Assembly (NCBI GenBank): GCA_964016885.1
Contig: OZ024741.1
Coordinates: 89,528,001-89,592,000, forward strand
Origin: Eledone cirrhosa
Lineage: Eukaryota
Reading direction: 5' to 3'
DNA length: 64,000 bases
In this document: positions 11,988 to 26,033 of the stretch, one piece after another
Layout of the letters: each line of letters opens with the position of its first letter
Numbering within the stretch: the first letter of the stretch is position 1
Position numbers and translations under genes: made by a program
The notes under the pieces: model-generated
Told to the model about the DNA's origin: nothing
What the model saw: the letters and a program-made list of their open reading frames with translations, nothing else
Databases searched by the model: none

Positions 11988-14900
11988 CCTTTTAGTATTC
12001 ATTTCTCACAAGTTGGCATTATTTACATGGTTGTGCACTAGAACATTCTTTGTGCATCTCAATTGTCTTTTGATTTGTGAGCTAATAACTGTATCTCCTC
12101 ATAACTACATCTTATCACCATCAGCTACCAGACAACATGTACTACCCCTTCAAACAATGTATCCAGTGCAGTAGATTCATCAAATCTTTCTAGAGCAGCT
12201 GGTGTTTCCAAATATTATTTTGTAATAAAACAGCATTTGTTTTTTCTGAGACACAATTCATTGCTTGTAAAGAGAAACATTTTGTACCTCCAATATACTA
12301 TGGTATTCTTATAGTCTTTAAAAGGACAAAAGACAAAATCTGATGAGATTTAAACTTAGAAACATGAGCCAGTAAACTTAACTCTGGAAAACATCAAATT
12401 CTGTTTTCTAAATATTATATCTAATCTACTAAACTATTTACAAATAATAATAATAACATGAAGAAACATCCAGAATGAAACCAGATTTTTGCATCAGTTA
12501 TAAAGTATATTTTGAATGACAACTGCTTGTAGTAAGACATACCAGGTTGGGGAAATACATAACCTGTTGATACATACTATAAATACACATCAAACACTCT
12601 TTATGTTTTGAACTAATATCTATACTAAAGTATACATGCTTACAAACACACACACATACTCAGATACAGTTGGCTGATAGCAATCCAGACAATATTTACT
12701 CAAATAGCACCACCTGATGAATATATCTCAAATAGTTTAAAAGAAAAAAAAATTATATATAATATATAAATAATATATAATATACAAGTATTTATAACTC
12801 CTATTTTTTTTCTTTTTGTTATCTTTAGCATGCATAGAAAAATTGTTGTTTTCTGAAAAAGTTTCTGAGATTCAAAGATTATGGTCACAGCACAGTGACT
12901 GTCACTTTTGTCAATTCTGAACAACATTACAAGCTGAGTTTATTACTAATAAACTCTGAGAATAGAAAATGTTTGTCCACAATTTTACAGCAAAAAGATT
13001 CACATAGAAAATATAAGTTTTCAATAATTCAATAAATAATATTTTCATATCAAACATACATAACAAAAATGTGTGTATCTGTATATTTGCATGATTGGAC
13101 AATTACAGAAACACCAGCAGAAGATATAAATGATGGGCATTGCTCTCTTCTACAATTTGGACACAATTATAAATAAGGAGCAGCTGATTGCAAGAGCACA
13201 GACTTTCTCAGTTGATAGCATTTTACATTTAAAAAGATTAATTCTAATTGGACTTGCTTTGAGAAGACCAAATACAACACTGGGAACTCTTTTGAATGAC
13301 ATAAATCAAGCTACATAGCTTTATCATGTCGGCGGAATGTTGTGAAAGACAAATAATTCTTAAGTTAATGAAGATCTAGCTAGATGCAATGTTAGAATTA
13401 ATGAAGCTGTTAATTTTATTGGGAACAATAGAAATATTGGATTAGCTTGCATTGAGTACACAATATCTCATGTTATGTACTACTCCTTACAGAAATGGAA
13501 GAGGATGCTGGAGAAAAAGTGTTTATACATATTTACTGTTTATATTTATTGTATCATGTTAGAAGGCTGAGTATATCTAGTTTAGATATAGTTACACTGT
13601 ATCCCTCTGTATCATGGAGGTGATTAAAAGGGATTTAGTTGAAAAACATTGTCTTAAAAAGGCTAACCCAGCTTTAGCATGTAAATGGCTTAAAAATTAT
13701 TTGATTGATGATTGATAAAAGAATAGCAAGAAATAATTGTGTGTGTAACAACAAATGACAATTCAAGAAATAAAGAAAAATGAAAAATAAGGATATAAAT
13801 AAATGGAAATCACAATTTCTTTAACAACTTTCTTTGTGAAATTAATAATAATAATAATAATAATATAGGCACAAGGCCAACAATTTAGGGGGGAAGTCGA
13901 TTAAATCGACCCCAGTGCATTATCATCATCATCATTGTATAATGTCTATCTTCCACGCTAATATCCCCGTAAGGATGAAAGACAAAGTTAACCTTGGCGG
14001 GATTTGAATTCACACCGTAAAGGGACATAACACTATAATAATAATAATCTTCATCACTGTGAACATGGGCTGGACCATATGTTATCTCTTTTGTTTTAAG
14101 GGAATAAATAGAATGCTTGAAGTTACTTGTTAATAATGTGGTGGTGGTGGTGGTGGTGGTTAAGATAATTTTCTGGGTTAAATGTATCCACCCAGCTCTA
14201 TTGATGTCACACAGAGACTTATGGTACACATATCACAATAGAGAGCAAAGTAATTGTAGATGTGGAACAAAGTTGACTCTGTACACACCATGTCTCATAT
14301 GGTGGAGAGAGAGTTTGAGGGTTCAAGTTAAGGCTGGGAAATAAATTAAATAAATCAAATAAATTGAATGCTAAATTTACCTTACATACACATTAATAGA
14401 TCCAAATCAGTTTCATTTGGGAGGCTGGGTTTATTTCTATTGTGTATGGTTTGTCTTGGGGTTATATATAACAGCTTCTCTTTAATTCATGGCCATCAGT
14501 ATTGCTCACACCTTATAGCCTTATGTCTCATCAAATTGAAAGAGAGAAAGAAAGAGGGATATTTTCTGTTACCTTCTATCACAGATCTCAGTAGTAAACG
14601 GGAGGGACGAATCTATTCATATGAAAACCTTTTTCATATAACAGTGAAAAAATTAGTATATTCTTATGGGACAGAACAATAGGATTACTTGAACTCAGTA
14701 CTCCAAGATAGCATATAACATTTGTGAATTATATGGTGCTCATGTTGTTTGCAGTAATTACTTGGAGCTACCAATTGTGCTTCGGCCAACAGGAACTACG
14801 TGTCTTTGTCATAATATTGGATATTATATAGCATTGTCAAGAGCATATAAAACCTAAACCCAAATGATACCAAACCACTTGAAACCACCTCTGGTTCTAT

Positions 14901-17166
14901 AAATACAAAACTGTTTATTTTAAAGTGTTTATATTTATTTAAAAACCTTCCATCATAATTTCATATAAGGGCTTTTGTTGAATTATGTTCCAAACATTAG
15001 CTTTAGTCCTATTACCAAATCTGTTCAAATTCTTGATTATTTAAAAAATGATTTGAAAACCATAGGCAGTATCTGTCATTAGAAATATAGTATGGAAAGG
15101 GTTAACACTTTGGCTATCAGCCAGGCACCCTAATCACTCAACCAGCTATGACAGAAATGTAAAGAGAGAGAGAGAGAAGGGGGATTGATGAGGTCATGTA
15201 GTGAAGGAAGAAAAAGCTGATTGTAAATAATTGTTGCCTAGTAATGAAATATCTGGCATTAAAGGGTATTAATTAAATAATATTATCACTAATTTATTTA
15301 CTTGTGTAGTCCCTACCCTTTCCAGTTAATAATTATTTTGGTTTTGTTCATTTTCGTGGTACAGAAAATAGCCCTCTCTTTCTCTTTGTGTGTGTGTGTG
15401 TATATATGTGTGTCTACATATATAATTGTTAGACACACACATACACACACAAATATCAGAGCTGTAAGTTAAAACAGTGTTTACATTAACTTTCTATATT
15501 TCTATTTCACAACATTATATTAGCAATTTATTTTTTGTATTTCTCTCATGCTCTGTGCCTGTTAATGAACTATATGAATATAGTAGCCGCCCCCATTGAA
15601 CTGACACACATTTACACAGCAGACAAAGGCTAGTAGAGTTTAGACAAAAGTATAATGCAATGGGAGAGGCAATGAAAATATATTGAAACATTAAATCTTC
15701 CATAGGTCAGAATATAATCATGGAATTATGAAAATATTTACTGAGTCAACTTCACTGAAACCAGTGTTGGCTTTGAAAGTCCTTGCATTGGAAGAGCTAC
15801 TATAAATAATGAAGTATTTATATTTCACTTTTAGATAATATAGTGTGTAAGAGGACTCTTCAGTCTGGACAAGCATCTAACAATTTCTCTAGTGTTCATG
15901 GAATACACCCACCAGCCCAACCTGTATAGTCATAGTGTTGGTACCACAAAAAAACACACCCAATACACATTGTAAGGTGGTTGGTGTTTGGAAGCGCATC
16001 CAGCAGTAGCAACCCTGCCAAATATGGAACATAGATAAGATTTTAGGACTCGAGAACCTGATTTGTCATTGTTTTTATGTCCACGTTTTCATACTGTCAT
16101 GGGATGGATGAAACTTTTCTTTTTTTGCAGCAGGATCCTAAGGCCGGATGCCCTTCCCAACAACAGCTTTTGTTTTCCAAGTAAGATACTGATCTTTGCA
16201 CATGAAACTGCTGAGGGGCAGAGACATATGGTTTATGTAGGACATAGATAAAAGTCACTACTTGTGCAAGTACTGCCATAAGCTAAGACACACATGGAGA
16301 CAAACACACACACACACACACAACAGTTTCCATCAACTATATTCACTCACAAGGCATGAGGCTACAGCAGAAAACACTAGTCCAAGGAGACACACAGTAG
16401 GATGAAACCTGAAATTACATGGTTGTGAAATGAACCAATTAACCACACAATCATGTTTATGAAGCTGGGAAATCAGACCAACTACATCACTTAACTACAG
16501 TTTAACAATTTAGCTGAAGAACGTTGTTGGTTATTTACTCTATTATGTAAAAGCAACTTAACAACAAAAGTTTAACCTACATATCAATCTTGTAAAACAA
16601 TGGAGCACGAGGACTCTTTAGACTCTCGAGTGTTGTGACATGATAAAACACACCCAGTACACTATGTAAAGTAGTTGGTGAAAGCTTCTCAAAGGGTTGA
16701 GAAGACTCTTGAGTTGTGTCAAAACATGACAAGCTGGTGCAACAATAAAATGCACCCAGAGTACTCAGTATAGTGTGTGAATGAGATACAGGGCACAAGT
16801 CTGTCAGGGAGGTCAGTAACTCCAATTAAGTACTGACTTGGTCTGTGGCAACCTGTCCAACCCTTGCTAGAAGGGAAAACAGAAGTTAAATGATGAAACA
16901 AAATATGTATTTAGATTGATAGACACAACAATACAGATGTGAACAAAATATATCAGAATGAAAATCCCTAACTTCAGATGTAACATTACACACATATACA
17001 CCCACATAGATTCTGTCAAACAGGCAAAGATGTTTCAATAATTCTCTTGCCATATAAGGCAAGGAGGGTGTAAACCACTGATCAGTGAATGTTTTGGGGA
17101 TCCACATGACACCTTATGCAGTCAGCCAATTCAAGTTCAAAGCATGAAACTATTGACTAGTTTATA

Positions 17167-17387
17167 TAATTGTTTCTACTTTAGGCACAAGGCCAACAAT
17201 TCTGGGGGAGAGGAAAGTCAATTAAATCGACACCAGTGCATTAATGGTACTTTATTTTATCGACCCGATCAGGAAGAAAGGCAAAGCTAACCTTGGTGAG
17301 ATTTGAACTCAGACGCAAAGGGCCGTAACTCGATGCTGCAAAGCATGTCGTCCAACGCTCTACCGATACTGCTAATCTACCGCCCTT
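17167..17387 (-). mobile_element. Meta-type tRNA SINE, long variant
   Basis: Reverse complement reads GGCGGTAGATTAGCAGTATCGGTAGAG...GAGTTCAAATC...GCCTTTC...GGGTCGATAAAATAAAGTACC...GGCCTTGTGCCTAAAGTAGAAACAATTA. Confidence 0.85.
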
Positions 17388-17824
17388 AACTAGTTTATAT
17401 AATGTATGAAGAAATGGCTTAACAACAACTGTCACAGAAATCTGTTTGTGTGTGTGTACATGCCATATATATAGAAGTATATCTCACCTTACATTGTTAA
17501 TTGGTTCCAGAAGTCAAGAAATAAGCTGAAAAATTGCTAACAGGTAATCCCTATATTACTTTATGCTGAATATTTTAGCATTTATTTAAATGTGGTTGGT
17601 CAGATTACTAAAACAACTGTAGGAGTCACAACTTCCAAAATATTTGTTTACATTTTAATTTTATGATAGCAAAATATCCCCCCCATGCCCCCAAAACCCT
17701 CACTCCTGATGCCCCTCTCCTGCCTAACACACACCTATAAGCATGGAAGCTGGACACACTTTACATCTGATCTCCCACAATGCTGTTATCACAACAAACA
17801 GGTACTAAGTCCTCCCTGTATGCT

Positions 17825-18162
17825 GATTTGATGCCACAACAACAAAAGCACCCAAGCCATCCATTAAGGTGGTTGTGTTGGTGAAACAAGAAAAAAGCAC
17901 CCAGTTAGCCCTGTAAGGTGGGCGTACTGGTGACATGACAAAAATTGATCAGCCCACCCTATGCTGGTGAAATGATGAAAAAGCACCTAGTTCACACTAT
18001 ATAATCTGTTTGGCATTAGGAAGGGCATCCAATTGTAAAAACCAAACCAAAATTCAGATTTGTATGAGCAAGACAGTCATCTGACTTGACTTGACGCATA
18101 ACATGACAATGTGTCTAACCCATGCAACCATGGAAAATAGATGTTAAACGATGATGATGATG

Positions 18163-18164
<2 letters not shown>
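17825..18164 (+). mobile_element. RTE-type 3' UTR with four tandem hairpin modules and (GAT)n tail
   Basis: Four GGTG..AAAAAGCACC-CAG..CTGTAAGGTGG-like units, then GGAAGGGCATCC and CCCATGCAACCATGGAAAATAGATGTTAAACGATGATG. Confidence 0.8.
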
Positions 18165-18217
<53 letters not shown>

Positions 18218-18225
18218 TCATATGT

Positions 18226-19204
18226 ATACTAGCTCTTTCAATTGCGCAGAGGGTTCTATAGAAATAGTGGACAGCTTCCGTTACCTGGGTGACAAAATCA
18301 GCAGTGGAGGAGGGTGCTCTGAAGGTACAGTAGCTGGAGTCAGAACTGGATGAAAAAGTTCAGAGAGCTTATACCACTATTAGCCGCTAAAGGGTTCTCC
18401 CTAAAAATGAAATGCGGGTTGTATGATGCCTGAATACGAACAGCAATGTTGCATGGCAGTGAGACCTGGGCATTGTGTGCAGAGTATATAAGCAGACTAG
18501 AGAGGAACGAAGCTTGCATGCTCCGCTGGATGTGTGATGGTAGTGTATGTGAACGGCAAAGCATAAACGAACTAAGGAAAAAATTAGAAATAAGAGGGAT
18601 CATATGTTGTTTACTCGAGAGAAAGCTACGTTGGTATGGTCACGTGATGCGCATGAAGGACGACAGCTGTATAACAAAGTGAACGGCAATAAAGATAGAC
18701 GGTAGCCACGTAGTGGGCGGACCCAGAAAAACCTGGGACGAGCTGATAAATTCTGACCTCACACACACTTCTCCAAGACCTTTGGCGGTACTCAGTAATA
18801 GAGAAGACCCGCCTTACCTAAATACAAAGTAAAACCTACTACAGTCAGTAGGCATCTCTAACAAAATACACCCCCGTCCCACCACCCCCACCCCATCCAC
18901 ACCGCCCCTTTCAATGTAAAGTTATGTTGGTGCCACAACATTGAGGCCGAAACAAATGAGATCGTGTAGGTGTCACGACAAAAAAACAGTCCACGCTGTA
19001 ATGTGGCCGTGTAGGCAACACGGTAAAAACCTCCCAGCCCCACACTGTAAATGTGGTTGGTGTTAGGAAGGGCATCCAGCTGTAGAAAACCCGCCAGATA
19101 GTCCTATGCGAGCAATGACAACCACTCTTGCCTCAAGTGGGAAAACTCCCGTCCAAACCCATGCAAGCGTGGAACATGGACGTTAAACGATGATGATGAT
19201 GATG

Positions 19205-19206
<2 letters not shown>
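18226..19206 (+). mobile_element. 5'-truncated copy of the young RTE LINE (same family as 57842-61701), between (TA)n tracts
   Basis: Near-identical to the reverse complement of ~57842-58850 (TSSFNCAEGSIEIVDSFRYLGDK...). Has several stops, a ~30-bp deletion near 18770, the full 3' UTR and a (GAT)n tail. Confidence 0.95.
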
Positions 19207-19237
<31 letters not shown>

Positions 19238-21962
19238 CACACATATACATATACACACACACACAATACAAGTCAGATCAAAATATAAATACATAAAATA
19301 ATAAAAAATGAGATTCATGGCTCTAACAACAATAGTTTTTCCATTTCTATTATCATTATTATTATTATTATCATCATCATTATTATTACTATTATTACTA
19401 TTACTACTACTACCATCACTTTCATTTTTATTAGCACTGTAGAGTGTGGGAATGTATGTAAGCAAGATGTGGCACCAGGCCCATCTGAGAGGTCAGTAGG
19501 TCTGATTAGATAAAATAAATATTTGATATACACACAAAATGGTGATGATAATAATAATTATAATAGTAATAGTACTGGGATTTACATACACAGGAATTTA
19601 TGCTTGTATCATAAATAACAACAGAAAAGATGTGGTATAGGCATTCACCAGAAAAAGTGTCAGAGAATGACAAAGCAACTTTGGAATATGCCAATACACA
19701 AAGAGATCAAGGCTAAATTACCAGATATTGTAGTCAAAGACAAATAGGAAGAGAAAATGCCTTTCAATCAACAAATGATAATGTATCTCTCAAAGACATG
19801 TATAAATTTGGATATAGAGATAACCGAAATGAGAATTATAAAAACAAACAGTCCTTATATAAATAATAGGTACACTGTAATGAAAAAAAAAACAAAAAAA
19901 AAAACAGGAGAGAGAGAGAGATCTTGTATGATAAACATGGCAGAAACTGAACCAGTGATATAACAGTGTGGGTGACATAAGCATGGATTCAGGACCAAGA
20001 TTTGGTCCATTGACATTATAAATAACAAAGTAAATAACAGAATAAAAAAATAACAGAATTAGTTGATATCATAAATATCAGATTAACAGAATCAATTGAC
20101 ATCATAAATAACAGAATTACAGAATCAATTGACATAATAAACAAGAAAATTATAGAATTGGTTGTCAAATATATATATATATGTGTGCGTGTGTGTGTAG
20201 TAGAATAGAAGGCTACATCAATGGAGCTGAAACAACAACCTACTCAAAACTGCCTCTGGTTCTATGACACAAAACCAAACTTTTTAAAGGGTTTCTGTTT
20301 ACATTAAAATCTTCCAGCATAATTTTATACAAGAACCTTTTGTTGTTATGTTACAAATACTATCTTAATGAAATAATTTCAGTAAATCCCACCAAATTTT
20401 TCATTAATTAATTCAAACACAGTCTATTTCATTAGAAATATAGTAATAAATTAATCAATTATCAATAACAATAGGATCATAAATATTGAATTATTAACTT
20501 AAAACTATTTAATGCCTATAACTAGGGGTATTTTATGGAAAATATCAGACCATTAAATATTTTTAACAATTCAATAACTATGTTCTTGTTCAATCTTCAA
20601 TTACATTCCCGTAGCCTTCTAACATACTGCTTTTATATATTCTGCAATGATTCAAGCAAACTGCAACATACACACATACTTATAAGCATTTTGTGTGTGG
20701 AGAAATGTATATGTCTATGTATAATGTGTGAGTGCGTGTTTTAACGAGTGTGTGCTTTTAAGAGTGTTAGAGTGAGTTTCATGTATGAGAATATAACAGA
20801 AGGTTTGTGTAGGGAGAGTATGACAGAGTTTATCAGCAAGAGGAAGAAGATGATTATAATCACATTTGCAAGTAAAAGAAAAAGGTAGTACCTTATCGTA
20901 GATACACCTGAATCACTAAAAGAGTAAAACTCTAAATCAAACCAATTTCCCTCTGTCAGTTCTGCTTGTTTTTTTAGAAATCAGAGGAAAGAAGTAAATG
21001 CTATGATGAATGTAATTTACCACAGAAGAATCAAAGAAAGAAACAAGTATTTTTATCCCTCCTTCCCATCTATTTATAAAAAACATATTATCCTTACTAT
21101 ATACACTCGTGTAAAAGTCAAATTTTTTAGACTATTTTTTTAGATTAAATTCATGGGGTCAACTATTACACAGATACTACTTTTTGAGTGGTTGAAATTT
21201 ACTCTACAATCCAAAATATTGTAAAAACAAGCAGAAGCCAAATTGGATTCTAAATGAACAAAACAACAAATAAAAACTCCAATGAATTACAGTAAATGCA
21301 TCCAAACACATTTCCTATTGCCAAAATGCCCAACTAAGGTTGTGTATCTCTTTAGGACATCAGAACATAAAGTCTAAAAATTAATTTTGTTATAACATTC
21401 ATGTTCAGGATAATACCTTGAATCACAAACATTGATCTGCTGCTCACAAAGAACTAGGGTTGAATTTTACAAGTGATATTGGGAAAATCTATGAGTTTAT
21501 ATGGTATTTCAGTAGTCCTATATTTATTGTGTTTTCACTGCACAATCAAGTGCAGATCTTTATGTCTGCAATGTTTTTTTTGTATGTGTATATTTCTATT
21601 GTATAAAAACAATTAAGTAATTTGAAATGTGCAGTGCCTAGAAGTGTTATTTTCTCTGTGATGTGTAAACCCTGGAATATTCTACATAATGTGTGCAATG
21701 TCTTACAGACCTATGAGACTACTTTAGGTACAATTCCTAGTTGTGCAATTTTCTCTATGTTGTGTTAGTCCTGGGATACTTTACATAATCAGTGCAGTGT
21801 CTTTTCCCTATGTATTTATTTATATTTTTTGTATTATTCCTAAGATACTTATTACTATAGGGGATTGGTTCCATTTTCAATCCCTACTTTCTTGTATATC
21901 TTTATATCTGAATAGTTTTTCCATTTCTTTTATTATTATAACAAAATCCTTATTATTATTAT

Positions 21963-22150
21963 TATTGGCAGTATCGGTAAGGGTCAGACGCCATGCTTTG
22001 AAGCATAGAATTACCTCCCTTTATGATCTGAGTTCAAATCCCGCCGAGGTTAACTTTGCCTTTCATCCTTACGGGGTCGATAAAATAAAGTACCAGTAAT
22101 GCACTGGGATAATTGCTGGCCTTGTGCCAAAAGTAGAAACAATTATTATT
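21963..22150 (+). mobile_element. Meta-type tRNA SINE, short young variant
   Basis: Highly similar to 4903-5090 and 29933-30070(-); (ATT)n tail. Confidence 0.85.
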
Positions 22151-22931
22151 ATTATTAGTCTTATTTTTACTAGGTGCCATCACTGCATTACCAAGCACAG
22201 CTCTGTGTACCTTGATTATGTGAAATGTTGATTTTGGTGTTGTTGTTTCTATTGTATTGAGGGTACTACTACTACTACTACTACTACTGTTACTACTACC
22301 TCTATCATCTTCATTCATCATTATTAGCACTGTAGAATATTGGAACATATGTAAGCATTTGTGAGGTCAGTAGCTTTGATTATGTACTGACTTGTTCTTA
22401 ATGACCTGTCCAACCCTTGCTAGCTGGGAAAAACGGACCTTAAATGATGATGAATCACTTGTCTGACATTCCTGGCAATAAGATGTTAATTCCCACCCTC
22501 TCAACAGACCTTTCTTTAACTGTAGTTGGGGACCCATAGGGTAAAGATAAGTTTGCTTTATTTTTTCTTCTGCTTGACTATAAAGAAGACATTACAAGTA
22601 ATGATGTCGAGAATCAAATTGTAACACCTGAACAGGTATATTTTAAGGAAATCTTAAAACTACACAAATCTTTGAGGCAGGTGCTATGAGCCAGTGTTTG
22701 ATATTCTCTGAGTCTGAGAAGCATTTGTAATGACTACTTTTAACATTTTATGAGTGTTTTAAGTATTTTAACCATCATTTACTATGTAATCACATGTAGA
22801 ATTTGGCATAATTACTGCATGAAATTAAATTTAGAATTACAGGCAGAGGTCAACTGCATGTTAAAATAATCACTGCATCTGAAAAAATGAAATAAACTTA
22901 TGTGAAAAGGAATCATTCACAAACATTTTAA

Positions 22932-23138
22932 CCCTTTAGCATTTAAACCGGCCATATCCGGCCAGAATTCTCTCACCTCTCTCTGTTCAAACTGGCTGTA
23001 ACCAGCCGCTCGTACTGATGTTAGGGTATTGTTCTCAAAATAAATAAAATCAAAATCTCATAGATTCAATATTATGTGAGATAAAGCCTTTTCTGTGAAA
23101 ATATAATAGTAAATATAGAATGATAAAATGGTAAAGGG
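22932..23138. mobile_element. piggyBac-type MITE
   Basis: TTAA|CCCTTTAGCATTTA ... AAATGGTAAAGGG|TT; same family as 39344-39543 and 63292-63495. Confidence 0.8.
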
Positions 23139-23813
23139 TTTAAGATCAATAAAAGGAAAAGGAGAAAGATTAAATTAAAAAATATGAGACTTAGATTCTA
23201 GAAAAATAATTCATTAGTTCTTTGTTGTTTATGCTGTTTTTGATTGATTACTGCAGTAATATACAAATAAAAGAGCATTTAAATTAATTTAGAGTGTGAA
23301 AAATATTATCAGTATTATGTATGTGTGTGTGCGTGTGTGTGTGTCTCTCTCTCCCCTCCTCCCCCTCTCTCTCTCTATATATATATATATGTATAATATA
23401 TATATATGTTTTAATTATTTCCATAGAAAAGGTAAAGGAAAGAAGAGTGCTCTGTGTATAATACAGAGCTATTTAATTACATAATAAACAACACAATATA
23501 ATTATTCCATTATCATTAAACAAATAAGAAGTAAAACAGAATTATTTCAATGGCTAAATACCTCCTCAGTTATATCTTGGTTTAATAATATACAAGAGAA
23601 AAATATGTCTAGATTACCCAATTTGATATAGTAGATTTCTACCCTTCTATTACTCACTCCTTATTAGCCAAAGCATTAGAATTTGCTAGACAATTTACCA
23701 CAACTAGAGGAAGATGTAATTTTGCATGCCAGAAAAACATTACTTTTTGTCAAGGAAGAAGCCTGTAAAATGGAATAATTATATTGTGTTGTTTATTGTG
23801 TAATTAAATAAAA

Positions 23814-23818
<5 letters not shown>

Positions 23819-23844
<26 letters not shown>

Positions 23845-23871
23845 GTCTAATATATATATATATATATATTA

Positions 23872-23911
<40 letters not shown>
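23819..23911. repeat. (TA)n microsatellite with embedded inverted GTCTAA/TTAGAC
   Basis: Direct reading. Confidence 0.9.
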
Positions 23912-23914
<3 letters not shown>

Positions 23915-24564
23915 AGTAAAGACCACCTTCAGTCATGAATGATCATGGGATTTGCATCTACAAAGTTTCCTTTCTGAGAGTCTGGGCAAGGGTGTTTTTG
24001 TGGAAGACTAGCAGTTGCTCATGCATACCAGTCACCCCTCTCCATGCCACTGATGTTGTCCAAGGGAAAGGCAAGGGTCGATACAGCTTGGCACCAGTGA
24101 CGTAGCCACTCATTTCTACAGCTGAGTGAATTGGAGCAATGTGAAATAAAGTGTCTTGCTCAAGAACACAATGCATTGCCCAGTCCAAGAATCAAACTCA
24201 CAACCTCACAATTGTGAATCTGACATTCTAACCACTAAGCCATGCATCTTAACATGTACACACACACATTATGGTTAAGTGAGTTTCATCTGATTATTCA
24301 CAGGATCATCAGAGAGAGAGAGGGGTGAAGAAAAAGAGATGGGTGACTTGCATTCTAACAGATTCTTAGATGGATTTTATTCAAGGAACCTTTATTCTAT
24401 ATGCAAGGTTTCCAACCATGGTAGTACGGATAGGCCCCTAATTCAAATATATTGGTTCCTTGAAGTATCTTATATTTTTGTACATAAAAAACATACAAAC
24501 ACATACAAGTAAATCTGGATTCACAGAGATGAATAACTAAGTAGTCCTAAGTCTTTCTTTCTTT

Positions 24565-24927
24565 TTATAAATAATATTCCTTGTCCTTGGTAGCAAAATT
24601 CTTTTTTTTACGCTCACTCACAGGTGACTCATTTTCACTGAACTCAGTCACAGAATATTCTAGAACCGCCTTGTGGGAGGAAGAAGATGATGATGAAGGG
24701 AAGGGGGAAGAGTTCTCAATGTCTCCATTTTTCAGAGAGGTAGAATTCTCAGAAAGTGGACGTGTAATTCTTGCATTGTCAACGTTCAAGCTGGAAGATT
24801 CCATTGTCTCAAGGAGATCCCGTAGAGAACTTTGGTAGCCAAGGATGGTCTCAAGGTGTTGGCACTGGCAGCTTAACTTTTCCAAAAGAAAATCCTTTTG
24901 ATGGATTGTCTCTGTTAGATTTTCAAT
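24565..24927 (-). CDS. VMAC-like coiled-coil protein, last coding exon
   Basis: Acceptor ttttctctcacAG|ATT in phase 0. IENLTETIHQKDFLLEKLSCQCQHLETILGYQSSLRDLLETM resembles the VMAC segment VHSLQATVHQRDELI...LAGLLDAL (compared from memory). Ser-rich tail, then TAA. Confidence 0.8.
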   Translation of the reverse strand: MENLTETIHQKDFLLEKLSCQCQHLETILGYQSSLRDLLETMESSSLNVDNARITRPLSENSTSLKNGDIENSSPFPSSSSSSSHKAVLEYSVTEFSENESPVSERKKKNFATKDKEYYL

Positions 24928-25097
24928 CTGTGAGAGAAAAACATGAGAAAATGAGATCACATTAAACATACATGAGTGTATAACTAGTTAATGAAGGAAT
25001 TTTTGAGTTTAACCCTTTTGTTACTATATTTCTAATTAAATACACAATATTTGAATTAATTAATGAAGAATTTACTAAAATTATCAATTATTTTATG

Positions 25098-25712
25098 AAT
25101 TATAGAATATCTGGGAGTTTGAAATTTGAAAATTTGAAAACATGAGAATCCTAATTGCAGAAAATAACTGTAATAACAGTCAATCACAATATATAATAAC
25201 TGAGAAAATTGGGTAAATTACCACTAATGATGAAAAAGTGGCCAGAGGTGCCTATGAGGAATCAGAGTGCAATACCTTTATGCTAAATGGTAACCGACAC
25301 TTTTACCCGTCTATTTTAGGATGCTACACTATACAGTTTGGGGCTAGAGAATAGCCAGAAGTAAACAAATCTTAAGAATTATTAAAGAACTGGTGTTTAA
25401 AATTCAAAAGTGTGGTAATCCCAAATTCAGAAAATAAGTATAATAAGAGTCATCCACTATAGATGATAGCTAATAAAATCAAGTAAATTACCCCTAGAGA
25501 TGGAAAAAAGAGGCCAGAGACGCCTGTGAGGAATTGAACTCCCCAGTTACTATCTATAGTGATTGCTTGTTATTACACTTATTTTCTACATTTGGCATTC
25601 TCACATTTCCAAATTTCAAGTTCCCAGAGCTTCAATAACTCAAAGTTTGTTTTCTTCTGGCTATGCTCTAGCCCCAAACTGTATAGTATAGCATCCTAAA
25701 ATAGATGGGCAG
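25098..25712. repeat. Complex inverted/direct repeat cluster
   Basis: 25100-25176 is inverted to 25568-25638; 25305-25372 is inverted to 25643-25710; 25211-25268 is a direct repeat of 25482-25540. Confidence 0.75.
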
Positions 25713-25797
25713 AGGTCTCAGGGATCCTTTAGTGTAAAACGTAGCCATATGCACCTGCAAGGAATCAAACCCGTTATCTCTCGAATACCATGCAAGT

Positions 25798-26033
25798 CAT
25801 CATCATCATCAGGTCGAGCTTGGCCGGCTTTCTATGAGACGTTTCCTCCATCCATCTCTGTCCCTCATAGCGTTTGCCAGTTCTTCCGCAGTGCATCCAG
25901 TATCGTCCTCAAGTTGCTTGACGTATGTCTTCTTGGGACGACCAGCGTTTCTTGCTCTATAACAACACATCACCTGCTATTTCTTCCTTGCTGCACCAAC
26001 AGTGGCCAGCAAATCTGAGTACCAGCAAATCTT
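25798..26033 (-). mobile_element. 5'-truncated RTE-like LINE of a different family, with 15-bp TSD
   Basis: Minus strand reads RFAGHCW...GRPKKTYVKQLEDDTGCTAEELANAMRDRDGWRKRLIESRPSST* then (TGA)n. TSD GAATACCATGCAAGT at 25783-25797 and 26034-26048. Confidence 0.85.

Noticed and set aside
11224-12174. ORFs of 83-185 aa, including poly-Ile
   Set aside because: Antisense to a decayed RTE or produced by the (ATT)n microsatellite.
24581-24965. Plus-strand ORFs over the VMAC-like exon
   Set aside because: Shadow frames; splice signals and homology support the minus strand.
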